A stretch of 64,000 nucleotides of DNA from Escherichia coli. GTDB lineage: Bacteria > Pseudomonadota > Gammaproteobacteria > Enterobacterales > Enterobacteriaceae. The stretch lies in NCBI RefSeq assembly GCF_048403405.1, contig NZ_CP183129.1. The stretch is one strand, 5' to 3'. A program made the translations under genes and the position numbers. This document shows, in pieces, positions 56,644 through 64,000 of this stretch (position 1 is its first letter; the number at the start of each line of letters is the position of its first letter). The notes beneath the pieces are model-generated. The model made no database searches and had not been told where the DNA came from. It saw nothing but the letters and a program-made list of their open reading frames with translations.

Positions 56644-58780
56644 GATGCTGGCTTATCAGATTCAGTGCGTCGCGCACGCTGTCGAGCATAGGTGTACCTG
56701 GACCATAAATCGCCGCCACGCCGCGCTCTTGCAGGAAGGCGTAATCCTGCGGCGGAATGACGCCACCGGCGACTACGCAGATATCTTCGCGTCCCCATTT
56801 TTTCAGCGCTTCGACCAGTTCCGGGATCAGCGTTTTATGACCGGCAGCCAGTGAGGATGCGCCCACTACGTGAACGTCATTTTCTACTGCCAGGCGGGCG
56901 ATCTCTTCAGGTGTAGAGAACATCGGGCTTAAATCTACGTCGAAACCGAGGTCGGAATAGGCGCTGGCGATCACTTTCGCGCCGCGATCGTGCCCATCCT
57001 GACCCATTTTAGCGATCAGAATGCGCGGGCGACGACCATTGTCGGCAAGGAACAGCTCCGTTTGCGCAACAATGGCATCGAACTCGGAGGCCGATTTCTC
57101 AGACTGATGATAGCTTTGCGCAATCACGCCGGTAACACACTGGCTTGGCACCAGATAACGGTCGAAAGCGGCTTCCAGCGCATCGGAAATTTCACCCAGG
57201 GTGGCGCGAACGCGAGCGGCATTAACAGCGGCAGCCAGCAGGTTTTCGTTATGCTGTGCGGCGTGAGTCAGGGCGTTCAACGCGGCGGTTACGGCGGCAT
57301 CATCACGGGTGGCGCGAATGCGTTCCAGCGAAGCAATTTGCTCGTTACGCACCATCACGTTGTCGATCTCAAGGACGTCGGTTTCGTCTTCGTGATCCAG
57401 TTTGTACTTGTTGACACCAACGATGACACGCTTGCCCTGGTCGATCAGCGACTGTTCGCGCGCTGAGGCCTCTTCGATCATTCGTTTTGGCAGACCTGCT
57501 TCGATCGCTTTCGCCATACCACCGGCTTCGTCGATCTGTTGGATAATAGCTCTGGCTTGTTTGACGATTTGATCGGTCAGCGACTCAACGTAATAGGATC
57601 CGGCCAGTGGATCGACGGTGCGGCAGAGTTCTGATTCTTCCTGAATGATGATCTGGGTATTGCGGGCAATGCGTGCTGAGAAATCGGTAGGCAAACCAAG
57701 CGCTTCGTCAAAGGCGTTGGTATGCAGTGACTGAGTACCGCCCAGCGTTGCAGCCAGTGCTTCAATGGTGGTGCGGATAACGTTGTTATACGGATCCTGT
57801 TCAGTCAGGCTCCAGCCTGAGGTCTGGCAGTGGGTACGCAGCGCCAGTGATTTCGGATCCTGTGCGCCAAATCCACTGACCGCTTCGCTCCATAAATAAC
57901 GTGCCGCACGCAACATGGCGACGTTCATAAACAGATCCATGCCAATGCCGAAGAAGAACGACAGGCGAGGAGCGAAGTCATCAATTTTCAGCCCGGCGGA
58001 GATTGCTGCTTTGATGTACTCAATCCCATCAGCGAGCGTAAATGCTACCTGCTGCACGCAGTTGGCACCCGCTTCACCCATATGGTAACCGCTGATACTG
58101 ATGGTATTAAATCGCGGCATGTTGCCGGAACACCAGGCGATGATGTCTGCGATAATACGCATTGACGGTTTTGGCGGGTAAATATAGGTGTTGCGGCAAA
58201 GATACTCTTTGAGGATATCGTTTTGAATAGTGCCGGTCAGTTTATCGGGTGTAACACCTTGCTCTTCTGCGGCGACAATATAAAACGCCAGTACTGGTAG
58301 TACTGCGCCATTCATGGTCATCGAAACCGACATTTTATCCAGCGGGATCTGGTCGAACAGGACTTTCATATCTTCCACGGTGTCGATAGCAACGCCCGCT
58401 TTGCCGACGTCGCCCGCCACGCGCGGGTTATCGGAGTCGTAGCCTCGGTGGGTGGCAAGGTCAAACGCAACGGAAAGACCTTTTTGCCCGGCGGCCAGGT
58501 TACGGCGATAAAAAGCGTTGGACTCTTTTGCTGTTGAAAAACCAGCATACTGACGGATGGTCCACGGTTGGGCGGTATACATAGTGGCACGCGGGCCACG
58601 AACGTAGGGGGGCAAACCAGGAAGGGTACCTGTCACCTCCAGATTATCGAGATCGGCTTCGGTATACAGCGGCTTGATGGCGATCCCTTCCGCGGTTTGC
58701 TGAACCAGCGAGTCGACAGTTTTCTCCCGACGGCTCAATTCCTTGTTGGCAAGCTGTTGCCACTCCTGCACGTTAGACAT
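56636..58780 (-). CDS. scpA: Methylmalonyl-CoA mutase (B12-dependent)
   Basis: 714-aa product starting [14 protein letters not shown]; recognised as ScpA (Sbm). Confidence 0.95.
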
Positions 58781-58983
58781 TATTTGCTCCGTAAAACGCA
58801 ATCAAAATGAGGGTATTTGCGCTTACGGTGAGCTTTTTACGTGGGTTTGTCGCCAGCAAAAAAAATGCATTCAGACGTCGTTTTTTGCCGCCTGAGATTT
58901 GTCTATTTTGTGATGTGATTCAAGGAATACAAAAAGACGTGCGGATAATGCCTGATATGTGCTATCAGGCATTATTTGATGGA

Positions 58984-59877
58984 TTAATCCTGACGAAGGA
59001 CTTTGTGACCATAATCGAGTAACGCATCAGTGACTTTACGCATCATGCGGCTTTCAGGAGCAAAGCGGTGCCAGTAGAGCATCCGTCGTTGAAATAGCCC
59101 AGGCGTTAAGTCAATCAGTTCACCGCTGGCCAGCTCTTTCTCGATTTGCAGGTGCGGGATCATACAGCAGGTGGTGCCCTGGCGAGCAAGTTGCACGAAC
59201 GCTTCTGAAGAATTAACGATATGGCAGGGTACGCTGCCAGGAGGCAGATCGAAGTTTTGCTGCAAAAAGGCCTGGTGCATATCGTCAAGATGGTCAAAGG
59301 CGACCACTGGCGCTTTCAATAATGCCGAACGCGTTACGCCGTTAGGGAAATATTTTTCGGCAAACGGTTTTGAGCTGACGAACAGATAGTCGAGCGCACC
59401 AAGTTTATCGACAAGACAACTCGGCAGTGCCTGATGTTGAATACTCACCGCGCCGACCACTTCGCCGCGGCGCAGACGTTCCTGAGTGCGGGTTTCATCT
59501 TCTACCTGCAAGTTGAGGCGGATAGGCGAATCAGCCAACACAGGAGCCAGTGCCGGAAGCAACCACGTCGCCAGACTGTCGGCGTTGACCGCCAGTGAAA
59601 GCAGCAGCGGAGTCGAACCGGTTTGTTCATCGCCCAGCCACTCTTCTTCCAGCAACTCCACCTGGCGCAGCAGTGCCAGCAGTTTTTGCCCTTGTTCCGT
59701 CGGGCGCGGCGGTACGGTACGCACCAACAGCGGCTGCCCGAACATATTTTCCAGTTGCTTAATGCGCTGTGAGACGGCTGATTGTGTAATGCACAGCTTT
59801 TGTGCCGCGCGCTCAAATCCTCGTTCACGTATCACCGCATCCAGTGCCTGTAATGTTCTGTAGTCCGGGCGTTTCAT
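58984..59877 (-). CDS. argP: LysR-family regulator ArgP (IciA)
   Basis: 297-aa product starting [25 protein letters not shown]; recognised as ArgP. Confidence 0.95.
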
Positions 59878-60018
59878 TGCTGTTGTCTGCTCCTGGTAAA
59901 TGCTTTTTCCTGCACTATGACACAATTTTGTGTCAGGTTGCATATACCGAAGCCGTCGGCGGGTAACATTTGTATTCGTGGTTAAACGCGCAGCTTAAAA
60001 GATCAGGGATTTGCGCTA

Positions 60019-60249
60019 ATGCATTTCGCTCAGCGAGTTCGCGCCCTGGTTGTGTTGAATGGCGTGGCGTTATTGCCCCAATTTGCCTGTAAACAGGGGC
60101 TTGCGAACGGTGAACTGGTGCGCCTGTTTGCACCGTGGAGCGGCATACCCAGATTGTTGTATGCCTTATTTGCGGGGCGAAAGGGGATGCCTGCCATTGC
60201 GCGATATTTTATGGATGAGTTAACCACGCGGCTTGCCAACGGGGTCTGA
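60019..60249 (+). pseudogene. yqfE: Remnant of a LysR-family regulator (C-terminal fragment only), at the position of K-12 yqfE
   Basis: 76-aa ORF resembling only the C-terminal effector-domain end of LysR regulators; no HTH domain upstream. Confidence 0.55.
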
Positions 60250-60304
60250 ATCGCTTTTTTTGTATATAATGCGTGTGAAATTTCATACCATAGGCGAAAC
60301 GATC

Positions 60305-60964
60305 ATGACGCAGGATGAATTGAAAAAAGCAGTAGGATGGGCGGCACTTCAGTATGTTCAGCCCGGCACCATTGTTGGTGTAGGTACAGGTTCCACCGCC
60401 GCACACTTTATTGACGCGCTCGGTACAATGAAAGGCCAGATTGAAGGGGCCGTTTCCAGTTCAGATGCTTCCACTGAAAAACTGAAAAGCCTCGGCATTC
60501 ACGTTTTTGATCTCAACGAAGTCGACAGCCTTGGCATCTACGTTGATGGCGCAGATGAAATCAACGGCCACATGCAAATGATCAAAGGCGGCGGCGCGGC
60601 GCTGACCCGTGAAAAAATCATTGCTTCGGTTGCAGAAAAATTTATCTGTATTGCAGACGCTTCCAAGCAGGTTGATATTCTGGGTAAATTCCCGCTGCCA
60701 GTAGAAGTTATCCCGATGGCACGTAGTGCAGTGGCGCGCCAGCTGGTGAAACTGGGCGGTCGTCCGGAATACCGTCAGGGCGTGGTGACCGATAATGGCA
60801 ACGTGATCCTCGACGTCCACGGCATGGAAATCCTTGACCCGATAGCGATGGAAAACGCCATAAATGCGATTCCTGGCGTGGTGACTGTTGGCTTGTTTGC
60901 TAACCGTGGCGCGGACGTTGCGCTGATTGGCACACCTGACGGTGTCAAAACCATTGTGAAATGA
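60305..60964 (+). CDS. rpiA: Ribose-5-phosphate isomerase A
   Basis: 219-aa product starting [19 protein letters not shown]; recognised as RpiA. Confidence 0.96.
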
Positions 60965-61220
60965 TCTGACGGGGGAACCTCCCCCCGTTAAAAAAATTCT
61001 CTTCATTAAATTTGGTGACATGTGTCACGTTTTTACCTGGCTATTGTCGATTGCTCTAAATAAACCATCTAAACCAGCATATTCATCCAAGAAATACCTT
61101 TGCGTGATATTTCCTCAACATCGCGACGCAAACGTTCATATTGCCGCAATATTATTTTTTGATATGTTGAAAGGCGGATGCAAATCCGCACACAACATTT
61201 CAAAAGACAGGATTGGGTAA

Positions 61221-62453
61221 ATGGCAAAGGTATCGCTGGAGAAAGACAAGATTAAGTTTCTGCTGGTAGAAGGCGTGCACCAAAAGGCGCTTGAAAGCCT
61301 TCGTGCAGCTGGTTACACCAACATCGAATTTCACAAAGGCGCGCTGGATGATGAACAATTAAAAGAATCCATCCGCGATGCCCACTTCATCGGCCTGCGA
61401 TCCCGTACCCATCTGACTGAAGACGTGATCAACGCCGCAGAAAAACTGGTCGCTATTGGCTGTTTCTGTATCGGAACAAACCAGGTTGATCTGGATGCGG
61501 CGGCAAAACGCGGGATCCCGGTATTTAACGCACCGTTCTCAAATACGCGCTCTGTTGCGGAGCTGGTGATTGGCGAACTGCTGCTGCTATTGCGCGGCGT
61601 GCCGGAAGCCAATGCTAAAGCGCACCGTGGCGTGTGGAACAAACTGGCGGCGGGTTCTTTTGAAGCGCGCGGCAAAAAGCTGGGTATCATCGGCTACGGT
61701 CATATTGGTACGCAATTGGGCATTCTGGCTGAATCGCTGGGAATGTATGTTTACTTTTATGATATTGAAAACAAACTGCCGCTGGGCAACGCCACTCAGG
61801 TACAGCATCTTTCTGACCTGCTGAATATGAGCGATGTGGTGAGTCTGCATGTACCAGAGAATCCGTCCACCAAAAATATGATGGGTGCGAAAGAGATTTC
61901 GCTAATGAAGCCCGGCTCGCTGCTGATTAATGCTTCGCGCGGTACTGTGGTGGATATTCCGGCGCTGTGTGACGCGCTGGCGAGCAAACATCTGGCGGGG
62001 GCGGCAATCGACGTATTCCCGACGGAACCGGCAACCAATAGCGATCCATTTACCTCTCCGCTGTGTGAATTCGACAACGTCCTTCTGACGCCACACATTG
62101 GCGGTTCGACTCAGGAAGCGCAGGAGAATATCGGCCTGGAAGTTGCGGGTAAATTGATCAAGTATTCTGACAATGGCTCAACGCTCTCTGCGGTGAACTT
62201 CCCGGAAGTCTCGCTGCCACTGCACGGTGGGCGTCGTCTGATGCACATCCACGAAAACCGTCCGGGCGTGTTAACTGCGCTGAACAAAATCTTCGCCGAG
62301 CAGGGCGTCAACATCGCCGCGCAATATCTGCAAACTTCCGCCCAGATGGGTTATGTAGTTATTGATATTGAAGCCGACGAAGACGTTGCCGAAAAAGCTC
62401 TGCAGGCAATGAAAGCTATTCCGGGTACCATTCGCGCCCGTCTGCTGTACTAA
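61221..62453 (+). CDS. serA: D-3-phosphoglycerate dehydrogenase
   Basis: 410-aa ORF recognised as SerA. Confidence 0.96.
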   Translation: MAKVSLEKDKIKFLLVEGVHQKALESLRAAGYTNIEFHKGALDDEQLKESIRDAHFIGLRSRTHLTEDVINAAEKLVAIGCFCIGTNQVDLDAAAKRGIPVFNAPFSNTRSVAELVIGELLLLLRGVPEANAKAHRGVWNKLAAGSFEARGKKLGIIGYGHIGTQLGILAESLGMYVYFYDIENKLPLGNATQVQHLSDLLNMSDVVSLHVPENPSTKNMMGAKEISLMKPGSLLINASRGTVVDIPALCDALASKHLAGAAIDVFPTEPATNSDPFTSPLCEFDNVLLTPHIGGSTQEAQENIGLEVAGKLIKYSDNGSTLSAVNFPEVSLPLHGGRRLMHIHENRPGVLTALNKIFAEQGVNIAAQYLQTSAQMGYVVIDIEADEDVAEKALQAMKAIPGTIRARLLY

Positions 62454-62473
62454 TTCCCCTTCTCTGAAAATCA

Positions 62474-62505
62474 ACGGGCAGGTCACTGACTTGCCCGTTT
62501 TTTTT
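62474..62505 (+). terminator. serA intrinsic terminator
   Basis: Hairpin acgggca-ggtcactgact-tgcccgt followed by TTTTTTTT. Confidence 0.8.
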
Positions 62506-62614
62506 ATCCCTTCTCCACACCGTTGCCGCGTTGCGCATTCTACTTTGCGAGTCTGCTCCAGAAAATAAATCAAAGTCAGATCAATGCGTTGTGTTTATTT
62601 AATGGGGATTTACG

Positions 62615-62760
62615 ATGGCAGGACAGCATGGGGCTGTAACGGTAAAGCCCTCACCGAAGCGAGGGCTTAAAGGAGAAGGGTTATGATGCGACTTGTCATC
62701 ATACTGATTGTACTGTTACTCATAAGTTTGCCAGCTTATTAACAGTCAGTCACAGGGGAG
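62615..62760 (-). ncRNA. sibC: SibC (RygC) antisense sRNA, antitoxin to ibsC; boundaries approximate
   Basis: Inferred from the ibsC position (Sib RNAs are transcribed antisense across the whole ibs ORF); ends not determined. Confidence 0.45.
62683..62742 (+). CDS. ibsC: Type I toxin IbsC (19-aa hydrophobic peptide MMRLVIILIVLLLISLPAY)
   Basis: Strong Shine-Dalgarno (AAGGAGAAGGG) before the ATG; peptide closely resembles Ibs toxins; position between fau and serA matches the K-12 sibC/ibsC locus. Confidence 0.75.
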   Translation: MMRLVIILIVLLLISLPAY

Positions 62761-62842
62761 GAGTAATCCTCCCTTACCCTTACTCACTAAATTAGGTTAA
62801 AGAATCAACGATGTCAATCAGGGCGATGCAGGTGTGTCGCCC

Positions 62843-63391
62843 TCACCACTCCCAGACTTTCGACGGTGTAACCACCGCAGGAAGAGGGATATCCCACTCT
62901 TCAACGGGGAGTTTTTCCACCAACTGACAATCATGCGCATAACCCACCGGTTGCATTTTATAGTGCTGCCAGTTTTGTAAGGTCCGATCATAAAAACCAC
63001 CGCCCATTCCCAGGCGCTGGCCGTACTCATCAAAGGCGACCAGCGGTGTGATCAACACGTCTAATCGGGAAAGGGGGAGCACGTCACGCACATCCAGTTT
63101 TGGCTCATGGATCTTCAACCTGTTCATCACCAGTTCGCTTTGCGGATGGTAATTCAGGAACAGCAAATTACCGGCACTAAAGGGATGCAAAACTGGAAGA
63201 TATACGCGCTTACCGGCGCGCCAGAGTTGTTCTATGAGTGGCTGGGTGTCGAGTTCGCCATCAAAAGAGAGGAATACAGCAACCGTATGTGCCATCATCA
63301 CTGGGGGATAAGTCATCATCCGGGTAGCAGCTTGTTGACCCATTTTCAGCTGTTGTTCCGGCGTTAACGCACGACGACGTTGCCGAATCAT
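62843..63391 (-). CDS. fau: 5-formyltetrahydrofolate cyclo-ligase
   Basis: 182-aa product starting MIRQRRRALTPEQQ; the track ORF runs on through ssrS and is over-extended. Confidence 0.92.
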   Translation of the reverse strand: MIRQRRRALTPEQQLKMGQQAATRMMTYPPVMMAHTVAVFLSFDGELDTQPLIEQLWRAGKRVYLPVLHPFSAGNLLFLNYHPQSELVMNRLKIHEPKLDVRDVLPLSRLDVLITPLVAFDEYGQRLGMGGGFYDRTLQNWQHYKMQPVGYAHDCQLVEKLPVEEWDIPLPAVVTPSKVWEW

Positions 63392-63462
63392 TTTGCGGAT
63401 TTCTTGTCGAGATAATGTCAGTGGGAGTTCTGGTAGTTGCGTCATGGCTGGTGCCAGATAAG

Positions 63463-63648
63463 AAGGGAATCTCCGAGATGCCGCCGCAGGCTGTAACCCT
63501 TGAACCCTTGGTTCAAGGTGAATGTGTCGTCGCAGTTTTAAGGCTTCTCGGACGGACCGAGCATGCTCACCAACCGCGGAGCGCCACATTCTTGTGGTAT
63601 GAAATATCGGCTCAGGGGACTGGCCCGCTTGCGAACATCTCAGAGAAA
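63463..63648 (-). ncRNA. ssrS: 6S RNA
   Basis: Reverse complement reads ATTTCTCTGAGATGTTCGCAAGCGGGCCAGTCCCCTGAGCC…CGGAGATTCCCT, the E. coli 6S RNA; immediately upstream of fau as in K-12. Ends approximate to a few nt. Confidence 0.93.
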
Positions 63649-63690
63649 TTTTGTCTTCACGGTTACTCTACCACAGTAAACCGAAAAGTG

Positions 63691-64000
<310 letters not shown>

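Noticed and set aside
62843-63589. 248-aa version of the fau ORF running through ssrS (and similar N-terminal over-extensions for ruvX, loiP, nupG, mutY, epd, pgk, fbaA, rpiA, scpA, argP, yqgE, rsmE)
   Set aside because: Track ORFs start at the first in-frame start codon; recognised proteins begin at internal ATGs with proper RBS, and the extension into 6S RNA is impossible.

Overview
Enterobacterial (Escherichia/Shigella-type) chromosomal segment, collinear with and inverted relative to the E. coli K-12 pheV to zapA region (gene identities and K-12 comparisons are recalled from memory, not searched). Conserved backbone: pheV, yqgA, speC, nupG, mltC-yggX-mutY, trmB-yggL, yggN, ansB, yggM, hemW-rdgB-yggUTS, yggR, ruvX-yqgE, gshB, rsmE, endA, sprT, galP, metK, yqgB-speA, speB, loiP, tktA, cmtBA, yggP-yggF-yggD-yggC, epd-pgk-fbaA, mscS, argO, yggE, ygfI, scpC-scpB-argK-scpA, argP, rpiA, serA, ibsC/sibC, fau, ssrS and a partial zapA. 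Four segments stand out as accessory relative to my recollection of K-12: (1) 1-3853, the end of a genomic island abutting the 3' end of tRNA-Phe, carrying an apparent operon of a small membrane protein, a 530-aa unknown protein and a tyrosine recombinase, followed by a perfect 13-8-13 inverted repeat; (2) a DctPQM-type TRAP transporter operon between yggM and hemW, with a complete IS1 and intact 9-bp target-site duplication 168 bp upstream of dctP; (3) an AT-rich lipoprotein gene between speA and speB; (4) an orphan HflC-like SPFH gene between tktA and cmtB. The island end is the best candidate for something undescribed, but I cannot assign its two non-recombinase proteins to any family from sequence alone. 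No CRISPR array and no rRNA genes were seen.
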